Shown: positions 1-12,680, numbered from the whole stretch's first letter. The stretch is DNA of 64,000 nt, filler included, from Folioceros fuciformis (GCA_049999805.1; 15 parts of 15 records of this genome joined end to end with filler, not necessarily neighbours in it), one strand, 5' to 3'. Numbers and translations: made by a program. Notes: a model not told the origin generated them from the letters alone.

Positions 1-866
1 TCACGGACCTAGGTGAACTGAGGTTCTTCTTGGGCATTGAAATTATACAAACCAACACAGGCATTTGGCTATCTCATCGGAAGTATGCGTTGGATGTACT
101 AACTAAGTATGGTATGGCTAAGTGCAAGCCAATCTCGATTCCTTTGGATCAAAATCTGAAGCTCAATGCTCATGATGGTGAAGCACTTGAAGATCCAACA
201 ATTTACAGGAAGATTGTGGGTAGCTTGATATATCTCACTCTATCCAGACCAAATTTAAACTATCCCATGGGTCTGCAGAGTTAGTTTATGCAGGCACCAA
301 GAAAGCCACATTTGGATGCAGTAAGGCAAACGTTGCACTATGCTCAGGCAACTATGGATCATGCTCTCTTGTATGCTGCAGATTCATAAACAAACCTGTG
401 TGGGTACACAAATGTAGATTGGGCAGGCAGTGTTACTGATCGTAGATCTACAAGTGGATTCATATTTTCACTTGGGAGTGCAGCAATAACATGGAGTACC
501 AAGAAGCAGCCTACAATGGCTTTGTCTAGTACAGAAGCTGAATACAGAGGCACAGCAATGGCAGCGTGTGAAGTGACTTGGATTTGTAAGTTACTTGGAG
601 ATTTTGGATTGCAAGTCAACGACAAGGTTGTTATCTACTATGACAATCTTAGCAACATACAGTTGGCGCGAAACCCAATGTTTCATGCCAGGACAAAACA
701 CATTAAGTACATTATCATTTTCTTCGAGAAAGGATTTTATCTGGAGTTATTGATCTTGTGTATGTCAACACAGATGAGCAGATAGCCCGATATATTTAGT
801 AAGCCAATGGAAGCAAAGAAGCTGAAGAAATTCCGAGCTATGTTAGGCATACAGATGCTATGTTGA
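1..866 (+). mobile_element. Ty1/copia pol 3' part (RT C-terminus and RNase H), degenerate
   Basis: YRKIVGSLIYLTLSRPNL, DWAGSVTDRRSTSG, ALSSTEAEY and NPMFHARTKHI motifs, with stops and frameshifts. Confidence 0.95.
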
Positions 867-870
867 GCTC

Positions 871-1140
871 AAGGGGGAGTGTTGAGTTATCGAGCTCTAT
901 ACGAGCTAAACTCATGTGGTGTTAGTTATTCCGGTTGGGTTCATACTAGACTAGTTCTAGTTATTAATGAACTTAGGATAGTGTAGATTATCCCATATTG
1001 AACCTTGAAGTTGTGTACCCCTAAATGTACTACTTAAATGGAGACCTCGGACCTCCATAGTAAGACAATGGTGATGTGTATTGTTTTTGGTTGTGACCAC
1101 CAATACCACCCTCTCAGCTTCTCTTCTCTTCTCTCCTACA
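871..1140 (+). mobile_element. Polypurine tract plus 3' LTR of the copia element
   Basis: AAGGGGGAG (871-879) directly followed by TGTTG at 880. The end at ...CCTACA 1140 is approximate. Confidence 0.7.
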
Positions 1141-1204
1141 CTTGCACATAGACTGGAGTCGATTCTATTGACACCTACGTCATTAGCTAGGTTCCGTTCA
1201 GCTT

Positions 1205-1673
1205 AAGAGGGAGTGTTACGGGATAGTTAATTTGACCGTAACCCCGCCCAGTAGTTACTCACTACCCTTAGCAATAGGACACCATGAAAGGGTGTGACTC
1301 TTCGCGAAGGGTCACACGGACTGCCCCATATAAACATACCTTCATAACCCTTCTGTACCCTCCATAACCCTTATGTACCTCTCTTCTAATAATACAATAT
1401 CTGACCCTTCGCGAACATACCTCCATAACCCTTTTGTACCTCTCTTCTAATTATACAATATGTGACCCTTCGCGAAGGGTCATATCGACCGCCCTATATA
1501 AACATACCTCCATAACCCTTCTGTACCTGTCTTCTAATAGTACAATATGTGTCTTACTTACCGCCCTATATAAACATACCTCCATAACCCTTCTGTACCT
1601 GTCTTCTAATAGTACAATATGTGTCTTACTTAGCAGACTAGAGGCATAGCATCCTACTATTATGATCTAAACA
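1205..1673 (+). mobile_element. Second PPT plus LTR (probable host copia element of a nested insertion), with internal tandem duplications
   Basis: AAGAGGGAG then TGTT at 1214, ending ...CTAAACA at 1673. Repeated TATAAACATACCTCCATAACCCTTCTGTACC units inside. Confidence 0.6.
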
Positions 1674-1699
1674 ATTCTTCTAATGTTTCTCTTCAAATT

Positions 1700-2760
1700 T
1701 GCACTAGGAGGTTTGTGTAGCCACCTTGGCAATTTCAATGTCATCCCCTTCATCTATGTCTCACCATCATAGCTAGGTTCCTCCTTTCCTTTCTTCTATG
1801 GTAATTCAACATCTTTAGGTAGATCAGTTTCTTGAGTCTCCACAACTAGTAATATTGGTGGGTTGCAATTGGTCATGGTGATCGTCGTCTCCTCCATAGG
1901 TGGTGTAGGTTCCACCAGCAAATCCGCAAATTGTACCCTTGGGCCAGAACATACGACTCCTTACACTCCAGAATAGCACATATAGCCCATCTTGTGGCCT
2001 AATTCCTTACAAACATGGCGGAAGGTCACATAGCCTACCTTTCGGCATGGCTCAGGACATTTTGGTGAATAATGCCTAGGTGCCCCACATTTATAGCAAC
2101 AACCAGGAGAAGGTTGGGGTGGCCTTTGCAAAGAATCTGGTCTCCAATGGCTTGGTGAGATAGGACGCGGTCCAAACTTCATAACTAGTGGGTTATAGGT
2201 TGAGGGGTCAGCCTCATGGATTGTGGGGGTTGCCCTCAAGTTCCGGACTAGACTTGAAAGGAATCATCTACATACCAATAAGTACCAAGCATGTACATCT
2301 CAACATAGTTGAGTGCATGAGGACCCACTCTATTTCATTCTCGATGTGTATGTCTTGCATGATGGTAGATGGAGCAAAAAACGTGCTGTCTACTCAGCAA
2401 GAGTGTAGGTTGCCGTTGTTGATTTTTCATAGCCTTTACTTCTAAACTAGCCAACCTCTTGGAGAGAGTGTTGATTTGGACATTATACTCATCAAGGTTA
2501 GTAGTTAACCTTGTGAGTGCCTGGGTGGTGACCTCTTCTGCCTTATTTCCCCTAGCCACAGTGTTGCACTCCTTCCTTTTCTACCACAGTTTTATTTACC
2601 GTAGGGCCACCTACCGCAAATTCAGAACCTATCGTAGGTGATCCCACTAGTGGGTCTCCTTGCACTGGGGAGAGAGGTGCGGTGGAACCACTTGTGCTCG
2701 TAGAGTGAGTAGAACACCATAACTCTTTTGTCAACTTAGGGGCTTAGGGTTGAATGAGGC
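1700..2760 (-). mobile_element. Retrotransposon gag remnant with zinc knuckle
   Basis: CYKCGAPRHYSPKC (CX2CX4HX4C) plus a second degenerate knuckle in ORF 1961-2239; coiled-coil-like ORF 2335-2559. Confidence 0.65.
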
Positions 2761-2924
2761 CCTACACCTGAATTTTGTCATGCATGCTACCTCTAGCACA
2801 ACATAGAATAGACAATGGCAGCATGAGGGGTGACCTTACCCAAGTACACCACTCACTCCTTTTGTAATCTTGGGAAGAAGGTAAGCTATCATAATTTGAT
2901 TTTTCTTCCAAAAAAAAACACATC

Positions 2925-3224
2925 CATCTTCGACAAAGCACGATGAAGCATGTGACACATGCATCTTCAACAAAGCAAGATGGAGCATGCAGCACATGCA
3001 ACTTCAATAAAGTAGGATGTTGCATGCAACACATGCACTTTCAGCAGTGCGTGATGGAGCATGCAACACAAGCATCTTCAACAACGCTGATGGGGCATGC
3101 AACATATGCATCTTGGATGGAGCAAGGATGCAAGACATGCATCTTCGACGGAGCAAGGATGCAAGACATGCATCTTCGACGGAGCAAGGATGCAAGACAT
3201 GCATCTTCGACGGAGCAAGGATGC
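2925..3224. repeat. 31-bp minisatellite, increasingly perfect toward the contig end
   Basis: Unit GCATCTTCGACGGAGCAAGGATGCAAGACAT. Confidence 0.9.
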
Positions 3225-3324
3225 NNNNNNNNNNNNNNNNNNNNNNNNNNNNNNNNNNNNNNNNNNNNTTAATTAATTAANNNNNNNNNNNNNNNNNNNN
3301 NNNNNNNNNNNNNNNNNNNNNNNN
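3225..3324. other. Artificial contig spacer (N44-TTAATTAATTAA-N44, stops in all six frames); first of 14
   Basis: Identical 100-nt spacers also at 8986, 10431, 21462, 23863, 34375, 36694, 44099, 47310, 54361, 56427, 57580, 59628 and 62857. Confidence 0.99.
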
Positions 3325-3840
3325 GCGCTACCCGCGCCTACCCAATCTGGCCGCCTGCCCGCACTGCCCCGTGTCTGCCTGCTCTACCCGATCGCTGCCC
3401 GGAAAGCTACCGTCCCACCTCCCTCCCATTTTTCCCATTTCCTTTATTATATTATTATTATTTTGCTATTTTCTGGGAGATAATTCTACAAAGTATGAAC
3501 CTTACCTACCTCACTTGGTCAACAGTTTGAACTATCCCGGGACCCCAGCATCAATTTTCCATGGCCGAGGAACCATTTTGGCTAGAAGCCGATTCTGCTG
3601 AATAAGCTGCCTATTTCAAGCTCGGTTCTAGTTGCTAATCCCACTTCTTCCCACCTCTTCCCTATCTTCTCCCACTACTCATACTCCTCCCGTGGAGGCA
3701 AGCTCAGCCACCAAGGGGGAACAGTTGCAGGGGAAGGCTTTGCGGGCAGCCATCCAGCAAGGAAGAGATGGCGTCTGCAAGAACTTTGAAGATCATGCAT
3801 TGTTCAAAGTCTTAGGGTAGTTTAAGAGGTGGTAGATACT

Positions 3841-4718
3841 TGTGGTGGTAGGGTCAGCAGGTTGTAGGGCCAGCTCATTGGCGACAAGATGTGCTAGGAA
3901 AGTCTAAATACGTGGCTGGTGACAGCCGGCTAGGCTAGTGGTCCTATTAAAATAATATTTGTCAAGTTAGAGAGAGGTGAAGTCAGAGAGAGAGAGGCTC
4001 CTAAAAGATCAGGTGAGCCTGTAGGAGGCAGGTTGTCACTTTGCGAGTTCTCTCAGGCTGTCCCTGCTTGGATACAGCTATGTGTGCCGGCTGTGCATGT
4101 GTGCAACGTCTGGTATAGCTTTGAGAAGTGGTGACCAGGGTTAAGGGCGGGGTCCCTTTTAATTCTTGATCGTGCTCTCCGTGTCGTGTCCCCATGATCA
4201 GTCATTTTCATTTCCTCGCAGGGCTGGAGTGAGTGCCAACCATGCTTGCACGGTGTCAGGTAGGATCGTGGGTGGCGACATGCTTTTCTTTGGGGTTAGT
4301 CAAGTGACTCTTGCCGGGTAGGGGGAGTCAATAGGAAAGCGTAGAAGGTAGAGGTGTCGTTGCTGGTTGCTGGTGCTGGTGCTAGAGTGAGTGAGTGAAG
4401 TGAAGTGAAGTGAAGTGAAGTGAAGTGAGGGAAGTCACAGAGGTTATGGTCGTTGTAGTGACTGGAAGGAGTTTGTGGGCACCGAGAGACGTGCACTTGA
4501 CTGATGGATAGCGAGGACTGTCCCACACTTGATCGGAGCTGGAGGGGAGCCCTCGAATCCGTCATTGAGCCGATTGAGTCCAACCCTCCATCCAGAGCAG
4601 CTAGGAACCCCATCTCTCCTTCATGGGAATGAACCCAATGTCTCAACGACAGTGGGATAAGTGTGGCCGCTAAAGGTTGAACTCGTTGGCAAATAGTGCC
4701 CGGGGTTTTGCCACCACA
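3841..4718 (+). mobile_element. LTR (probably the 3' LTR of a Ty3/gypsy element)
   Basis: 8-bp terminal inverted repeat TGTGGTGG...CCACCACA; purine-rich TTTAAGAGGTGGTAGATA just upstream; internal (GTGAA)n at about 4390-4428; its 3' end recurs inverted at 56309-56426. Confidence 0.75.
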
Positions 4719-4920
4719 GAGAGCACTATCTCCACACCCTTAAGAAGATGAGCAAAGTTCTCTGAGAGCTTCCATCGAAGTTGTTGGGCCATGGATAGCA
4801 CCACCTAGGTAGACACAGGATTGGACAATATCCATTGGTTGTCCATAATAGAGGAACTTGAGATTGTGGTCAACTAGATCCTTAGTAATTGAAAAACATA
4901 ACCTTAGTCTTTAAAGGTTC
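4719..4920 (-). mobile_element. Non-LTR retrotransposon RT C-terminal remnant (RTEX/L2-like rather than L1)
   Basis: KTKVMFFN ... KFLYYGQPMDIVQSCVYLGG across one frameshift. Confidence 0.65.
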
Positions 4921-5687
4921 TCTTCCAAATCGTTTCACTCACAAATGCGCGACAATACATCCAACTACGTTTGGAGGCCCTCAAGGGAATGAGACAAGAG
5001 GGCAATGTTACCTGACAATACCTCCAACTACTTGGAGGCCCTCAAGAGAATGCGACAAGAGAGCAATGTTTTGTGCATATACGAGAATAGCAAAGCACAC
5101 TAAGAAGAGGAGCAACCAACACCCCCAGACTTTGCAATCCAAGACTCTAGTTTATCAATATAGAATCCAAATAAGTTAAAAGATGATGAATCCCTCATTA
5201 CACTCCCATGTTGCACAGCAAATCCAAAAGGTCAAAGATACAATAGAGCAACATAGAGAGACATAGAACCCAAATAAGTTAGGAGATGATGAATCCCTTA
5301 TTACACTCCCATGTTACATAGCTAATCCAAATGGTCAAAGGCAGAATAGAGCAATAAACAACGTCTGAAATAATTTGGGTTTGTTCCTTGACCCTTCTTT
5401 CCTTTTTTTCTCCACACGGCTTTCCCTCTTCCCACCCTTCTTGATCACTTAGTTTGCCGTTTCCGAGTTGGGCTTGCTAGACACATAGTACATCGTGTGT
5501 TTAAAAGTAGACGTTTTTCGAATCTAAGATTACAGACATGCCAAGCTGATGGCATTACCGTCAAACATAAGCATGTATTACAATGATTATAGCCATTCGT
5601 GGCGCGCACATGGGCGCGCCAAAGCTCTTTCACATTTGCACTGCTACCATAGGCCACAATCTACCCTTCATGAGGTGGAGAGTCTTG

Positions 5688-7700
5688 CTACTCTGTCATG
5701 GGGACAATTCCGTCGTCGCTCATTAGCGCGTGGCCCGGTAACAAACAACGGTGTGGGTGGTCTTCTTCTACGGACATAGATGATGGGTTGGACGTAAAAG
5801 TCTCTAGTTGCTCAGGGTCCCAGGTCTCATCATCGGAGTGCCGCGGCGCTGGCTTTCCCAAATCCTCTACAGGTGCATTATTAGACTTCCTTCCCCTTCC
5901 TTTCATATTCGTCTTTGCATGCCCTTGCATTTGATTGAGTTCTCTAAGGTCCATTGGTGCAATCATCCCTTCAACCATTTGCATTACGTGTGCCTTTGGT
6001 TTCACCAACCTTCCACTAGAAAGCTCTCGAGCAAAAAACAGTGAATGCCCTCGTGCGCGAGGTTTTGTCATCAATTCTTTCACATCGGATGGAAATACTT
6101 CATGCCCCGTGATTCTTTGCTTGACCATCTTCATCAAGTAGAGAAGGGTTCACCTAGCGCGCCCCAGTGCACGCCCATCACATGCAATGGCACATTCGTG
6201 TCCGAATACTTACAATGTGATTGAAAACAGGTTGAAACTTTGCATTGTCTTAAGGCGTCGAGTACTTTGGATACTCTAGCTCAACTTCGACAAAGGAACC
6301 GCATCGTAAACCTGAACAAAACACAGTCTGAATGATGTTCAATTTTTTGGCTTTTCATCTTGCTCATCGTCAACTCCCCTTGAACGACTTTCTCTAGCTC
6401 GGACATCATGATCCGATCCCCTGCCTCTCCTGGAGGCATACCATGAAACACCCTTCATGTAGAAGCGTGCATTGGTTTTATTATAAGGTTCGGGTCTCTG
6501 ATTGCTGGCTCAGCAATCGTATTCCCTCTCATCGTTTTCCCCCGTTTGCTCGTGTAGGGTTATTAACGCCCAATTTGCTTAGACTAATGTGTTTAGTCTA
6601 AGATTAGTGTCTAATTAAGTATCATTAGTTTAGATTAGCTTAAGTTAATCAGTAGGAAGCTTCTTGCACAGCTTCCTGTGCGCTTCTTGTGAAGCTTCTT
6701 AGGGAGCTCTTTTAGAGGGTATAAATACCCCCTTAAGCTCCCTTACTAGAGAGACTCTATTGTGAGAGTTTGTCCTCTCTTTTCTCCTCCTCTTTGTCTC
6801 TCCTCCTTTACCATGTAGCTCCTTCTAGCGATCCTACAGCTCGCCTAGGGGCGCGCCTATGCAAGAACATCTTCATTCCAATGGCTGGGCCAGTGCCCCT
6901 GCATTGTCGATGTCGCCCTCCTTGGGACATTGCCTGCTGCTGGACAAGCACCCTTGTAATGCAAAACTTGAGTCAAAAGCTCACCTTGTTCGTTGCCAAC
7001 GCGTTTTCAAAGCCAGTTCGCAAGTCCGCATTGTTGAATCGGCAAGGTATCACCTTGTCGGCAGACAACGTAAGGAGATGATGTACATTGGACTTGCACT
7101 GAAAGAACTTTTGCTTCATAAGACAAATTAGCACTTTCACTCTTACTTGGGCCCAAACCTTGTACTTCCATACCCAAAGGATGTAACCCACAACGGTTTT
7201 TTGGGTCTTGGAAGCATTGAGGTAGCCATTCACCCAAAGAAACGGGATGGGATCAAAGTTGGGCAAGGTGTAATCAGCCCCTTCTTTGTGGACACACCAT
7301 TCCTTGTCCGAGAGATCCTGATCAGGCAAGGCAACATATATGTCTTGCAATGCCTTTTTCTCTTTCCTTGTGAATGGGTTTTCCAAGTCCATTCCTAGTT
7401 CAACACCTAGCTCCTCCAGGAAGATTGTCATCGGGTGCATCTCCAAGGCTGCCCCACTTAGAGTTTCCTATCCCCTGCTCTCGTACCGGCCCTTGCTCCT
7501 AGAAACAAGCATAAAGCTTCCTTCCCTCGTTGACAAAGTCTTCTTGTGCCCAACTTCCGTGTCTTTTGATACTCTTTTCGGTTTGGACTTTCCCATACCG
7601 CTTTCTTGTTGTAGTTAGGACTCCTGTGCAATCCTCCTTTTCTCAGAGCTCTTGGCCTTACCTTTGGGGTCCACTCTCTTTCCGCTTTTCACCTGCGGGC
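5688..7700 (-). pseudogene. Unknown intron-containing gene remnant (probably TE-borne), interrupted by a solo LTR
   Basis: ORFs 6973-7446 and 5688-6137; short GT-AG introns at 7099-7146 and about 6934/6940-6984; no recognisable family. Confidence 0.45.
6553..6838 (+). mobile_element. Solo LTR of a copia family with 5-bp TSD GCTCG
   Basis: TGTAGGG...CCTACA flanked by GCTCG at 6548-6552 and 6839-6843; TATAAATA box; homologous to 36473-36693 and 55656-56044. Confidence 0.93.
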
Positions 7701-8474
7701 ACCGCCTGAACATCAACAACATCGGCGTTCTTGGCTCGAACTTGGCTTGTTGACTGTAACATTTTTGGAGAGAACAATGGCAACCATGATTTCAGAAGGT
7801 AGTTCAGTATCCATATCTCATATCCATCCAAAAACATCACAATTAGGCGTATCTAAGAAAGTTTCCAAACCTGCTATTTCGGTCTCTACCCAATGAAGAA
7901 AAGAAAATCCTAAAGGCATGAATTACCTACTAAGTTGCCCGCACAGATACCATGATATGGTCAACCCTATATGAAATCATCGCTAGTTGCAAGCAATCCA
8001 GCATGGACCACGTCAAAATTTGATTGTTAGCTATCACATGATTCTGGTACACTTCACTGCGCTGCTCCTTGAAACCACAAAAAAGAACCGAGCTCTTACC
8101 CGGATGAGAGCGTGCTTAGCGATAGTGATTATCCGGATATGCCCAACGACAGATACTCATCACATGTGTAGACGCCCAAGGAAGGCCAGCTCCTATAGGT
8201 TTCTTAATCGTGACCAGCACTTGCAGGTTGCTTAATTAAACACAATCAAGAGCACAGCGGCCAGCAACAGCAAGGAACCTGAAGCAATGATGACAGGAAG
8301 TGCTCGCGATAGCAGAAGAGCAAGCGCGAGATCGGATGAGCTAAAAGACCTCGTCGTGCGTCACAAAAGGCCCTAAACGAGAGTGCACCTTGCCTCCTTC
8401 CTTGCTGATCCTTTGCTTTGCGACTATGCTGACCTGCCGCCACTGACCCGATTCACCCGCCCAACGCTATAGCT

Positions 8475-8985
8475 CATGAGCGTTTTGGCGCTGCCTAGTG
8501 CTGTGGCTCAGGAGCGTTTCGGCGCTGCCTCGTGTTGTGGCTCAGGAGCGTTTCGGCGCTGCCTACCTAAAATCCGCGGTGGCTCAGGAGCGTTTCGGCG
8601 CTGCCTACCTAAAATCCGCGGTGGCTCAGGAGCGTTTCGGCGCTGCCTGCCTAAAACCCGCGGTGGCTCCGGAGCGTTTCGACGCTATCTGCCTAAACCT
8701 TGCGGTGGCTCTAGAGCGTTTCGGCGCCACTTGCCTAGAACCCGCCGTGGCTCCAGAGCATTTCAGCGCTGCCTGCCTAAAACCCGCCCTGGCTCCGGAG
8801 CGTTTCGGCGCTGCCTGCCTGAAACCCGCCGAGGCTCCGGAGCGTTTCGGCGCTGCCTGTCTAAAACCCGCCGTGGCTCCGGAGCGTTTCGGCACTGCCT
8901 GCCTAAAACCCGCCGTGGCTCCGGAGCGTTTCGGCACTGCCTGCCTAAAACCCGTCGAGGCTCCGAAAGCGTTTCGCTGCTGCCA
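8475..8985. repeat. 42-bp GC-rich tandem array, about 12 copies
   Basis: Unit GGCTCCGGAGCGTTTCGGCGCTGCCTGCCTAAAACCCGCCGT; runs into the contig end. Confidence 0.95.
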
Positions 8986-9229
8986 NNNNNNNNNNNNNNN
9001 NNNNNNNNNNNNNNNNNNNNNNNNNNNNNTTAATTAATTAANNNNNNNNNNNNNNNNNNNNNNNNNNNNNNNNNNNNNNNNNNNNTTTTGAGCCCTACCT
9101 ACCTATGACTCCCCAACTTTCATGCTCAACAATATGAGAAGGCTTACCTACCACCAACCCGAGGAAAGAAGCACTTCTACGGCACTTGCTCCTTTGTTGT
9201 ACACCACGCTAGGCACCATCCTATACAGG

Positions 9230-9740
9230 CAATGAATACTTTTGGCTAAGAGAATGCCATAAACCAAGGGGGATCATTCCCATTCTTGTACAAGCAATGA
9301 ATACCTTTGGCTAAGAGAATGCCACAAACCAAGGGGATCAATCCCATTCTGTGGACACAAACAATAAATAGCTTTGGTTGAAACATAGCCACAATGAAGA
9401 AAGCAGATCCATCTCAATCTGTGCACACAACCAACAGGCTTGGTTGAAAAAAGACCACATTCTAACAAACAGAGGGTCAATGTAAGCAATGAACACTCTT
9501 GGATCAAAGAATGACAGCAACAAAAAAACAAAGGGATCAATCACAAACTAATAAACAGAGAGCGTCAATGTAAGCAATGAACACTCTTGGATCAAAGAAT
9601 GACAGCAACAAAAAAACAAAGGGATCAATCGTATTCTTCTTCTTCTACTTCCACTTCGACGAGTGTGTAGTAAGCCATGATAACCTAAAATGGCATTCTT
9701 CTTCTTCTTCCACGAGTGTGTGGTAAGCCATGATAACCTA
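9230..9740. repeat. Cluster of local tandem duplications (about 50-90 bp units)
   Basis: GCAATGAATAC..TTGGCTAAGAGAATGCC x2, GTCAATGTAAGCAATGAACACTCTTGGATC x2, CGAGTGTGT.GTAAGCCATGATAACCTAAA x2. Confidence 0.75.
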
Positions 9741-11059
9741 AAGAAGTCCTTGGCTATGGCCCTGCTAGTCTCCATGACATGTATATGAAGGTTTCTACAA
9801 CCGACTATGCACGACACCATTCGTGAATTTTTGCCATAGCTTGTCCTTCCACGGTCCAGCATGATGTATATAATATGCTTGTCAGCAAATATATCCCACA
9901 GCATCCACTACCACCACATGTCCCCGGGAAACAAAGAGATCATGCTCTTGAGTCTTGAGTCTGGGGTACCTACTCTCAAATTCTTGAAGCATGCATCCTT
10001 TCTATACTTATTTGATATATCGAATTTTAATTAATATTATAATCTACATCAAAACTTTATATAATAGGTATATCCCTAGTGATGAATGTACACGTACGTA
10101 CGTTGCTGTATGCTGGGACTGCGGACGATTCACTGCACTCTCGCACACGCAGTCAATCCTGCCCTGCCCGAGCTTATCTCCGCAGAAAGCTCCCATTAGG
10201 TTAGATGCAAGCGATTCCGTGGCTTGATTGCGCAGCGGTGGGGTTCTTGTATCTGAGCAACTAAGGAATCAGGAGCTTAGCGGAGGTAGCACACAGGCCA
10301 CATGATGGACGCACGCGGAAGGGAGGAGAGGACTAGCGGACATAAGCACCGGAAGCGAAGGCTGAGGTCTCCATCACCGGACCAGAGATTTAACACTGAT
10401 TCATCCAGCAGCAGTAGCGGGTCCGACACTNNNNNNNNNNNNNNNNNNNNNNNNNNNNNNNNNNNNNNNNNNNNTTAATTAATTAANNNNNNNNNNNNNN
10501 NNNNNNNNNNNNNNNNNNNNNNNNNNNNNNCGGTGGGTTTCCTCAACTAAGGCTTCTACGCTTAAGAGGGTGGTGCTTGGTGGCCCTTCGGCCTCGGTGC
10601 TACAACGCCTTGGTCTCCATGACCGTAAGCTCTCATCATTTCTCACCCAGCTTTGGACTGGGCATATGGTTATTGGGGCTTAGTTTAGGAGATTCAACAT
10701 TGCAGAGGATCCTTTTTGTCGGAAATGCAGGTCTTCAGAAGAAACTCGTCACCACATCCTTGGCCAATGTATTTCTACTCGCAACACTTGGATCCAAATG
10801 TTTCAAGGCTCTTACTATGATATCTGCCAACTTCTTAGTGTTTCCAAACTCAGGGAAAAACTTCTGTCTTACTTCAAGGCGATTGGCGATTAATTAACTT
10901 AGGCTTATTGACATAGCTATCTAGATTTGCTATTTTGTTTGCTCTAATCCTCTTTCTTTTGCGCTTTCCCAAAGTGTCCATTCAATCATGCTTTTGATTC
11001 ACGTTCCAGCGTCATAGCCTCACGGCTGCATACGCCTAATGATAAATAAATAAATAATA

Positions 11060-12137
11060 AATGTACCTTTCAACTTTCCTAAAGCTCATTCAACTACCAT
11101 GCGTGTTGAGGAGTGCTTGAAATTAAAATAATCTTTCTCTGCAGATATATGCCTTTCAGGGAAGGGTGTAAGGAGCCAAGGCAATGATGGGTATCCTACA
11201 TCACCCACAATATACTCGCGGATGCTGAAGTTTCCCATTGTCATAGAATCCCATTTAAGATATCACCTTGTAATGCTTTCTTGTACAAGCCTGAATTGCT
11301 CAGTATTCTGGCATTGTTCACTGATCCTGGAAATCCAACAAAGACGTCCAAGAAACACATCTCCATATCCACACAACCTTGAATGCAGACACTATAGTCG
11401 TGATTTCGATCGAAGTAGTCCTTAGCCACTCCTCTTGACATAAGCTCAATCTTCACATGTGTAACATCAATAGCAGCACAACAATTTTTTAGACCTTGAT
11501 GCTCCTCAAACTTAGCCTTAGTGGCTGCAAGTGTCTCTCCTTGTGGCCAAGATATGAGATGTCTGGCTCTCCTATTCATTGCTCAAACAAATCGCCATAC
11601 AATCTTTGATGCAGTTGATTCAGCTGATCCAAACAACTCTCCGACAAACTTTAAAGTGTCTCTTGTAGCTAGACGTCTCAATGCTAGGGCTACTTGAATG
11701 TCTACCACCAATTGTCTGTTTGGAGGTGCCGGAGTCTTTCTTGTAAGATCAATAGCCACAAAGTTGCAAATATAAGTGAAAGTTGTGGGCATCATCCTAA
11801 AAAATTGATGGAATTGTTTCGTTTCTTGATGCTAAGTAGCTTCCTGGAACAAAGTCCACCATGCTAAGCATTTGTCCTTAATGTAGAAATCCCCAATCTC
11901 ACGTTTCTTCCTAGACAGTATGGAAACTGTTGCTCTAGATAAGAGGAACATCATGGTTGAAATCCTCATAATGGTACCTTCTCTTGAATTCAAGTAAGCT
12001 GATTGCTGATGTAGCTCTTTAGGTTGCCCCTCCATAAAATTCAAAGCTGCTAGCAATGTCACGGCAGAAGCAAGAAATGAACAAATAGCAAGCTTCTTCT
12101 CCATACCCGGAGGACCACCCTCACAATCGGGTTCCAT
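11060..12137 (-). mobile_element. PIF/Harbinger DDE transposase (HARBI1-like), disrupted
   Basis: QVALALRRLAT, CCAAIDVTHV, FLDVFVGFPGSVNNARIL, YIVGDVGYP and FNFKHSSTRMVVE motifs; several stops and frameshifts. Confidence 0.92.
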
Positions 12138-12139
12138 GC

Positions 12140-12680
12140 CACAGCAAGCTCACAATTTGGGTAGCAGCAAATTCACGTCTTCACGATTTGGATACCAACA
12201 CGCACACAGCAAGCTTACGTTTTGGGTCCCAGCAAATTCACTTCTTGACGTTTTGGATACCAGCATGCACACAACAAGCTTACGGCTTGGGTCGCAGCAA
12301 GCTCACTCACGATTTGGGTCACAGTAAGCTCACTCATGATTTGGGTGACAGCAAGCTCATTCACGATTTGGGTGACAGCAAGCTCATTCACGATTTGGGT
12401 CGCAGCAGGCTCACTCACTTTTTGGGTCATAGCGGGTTGCAAGAAGATCATACGATGTGGGTCGCAGCAAGCTCACTCACGTTTTGGTATGGTCATAGAT
12501 GCACCGGGTCATGTTTGCATAGCGCGTTCGGTCACATTTGCGTGAAAAACGGAGAGTTGAGAAAGTCATATGCCCATGGAAAGCCAACAAACCTAGTGGA
12601 GTTTCGTAACAAACCTAGTGGAGTTTCGTAACAAACCTAGTGGAGTTTCGTAACAAACCTAGTGGAGTTTCGTAACTTGT
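12140..12680. repeat. 30-bp and 24-bp tandem repeats upstream of the Harbinger transposase
   Basis: GCAAGCTCA(C/T)TCACGATTTGGGT units at 12140-12490; AACAAACCTAGTGGAGTTTCGT units at 12586-12676. Confidence 0.85.

Noticed and set aside
3269-3280. Recurrent TTAATTAATTAA motif and ORFs ending in X...LIN
   Set aside because: Assembly spacer, not biology.
10040-10120. Possible Helitron 5' end
   Set aside because: Only a vague TC/AT-rich resemblance; no 3' hairpin-CTRR or Rep/helicase.
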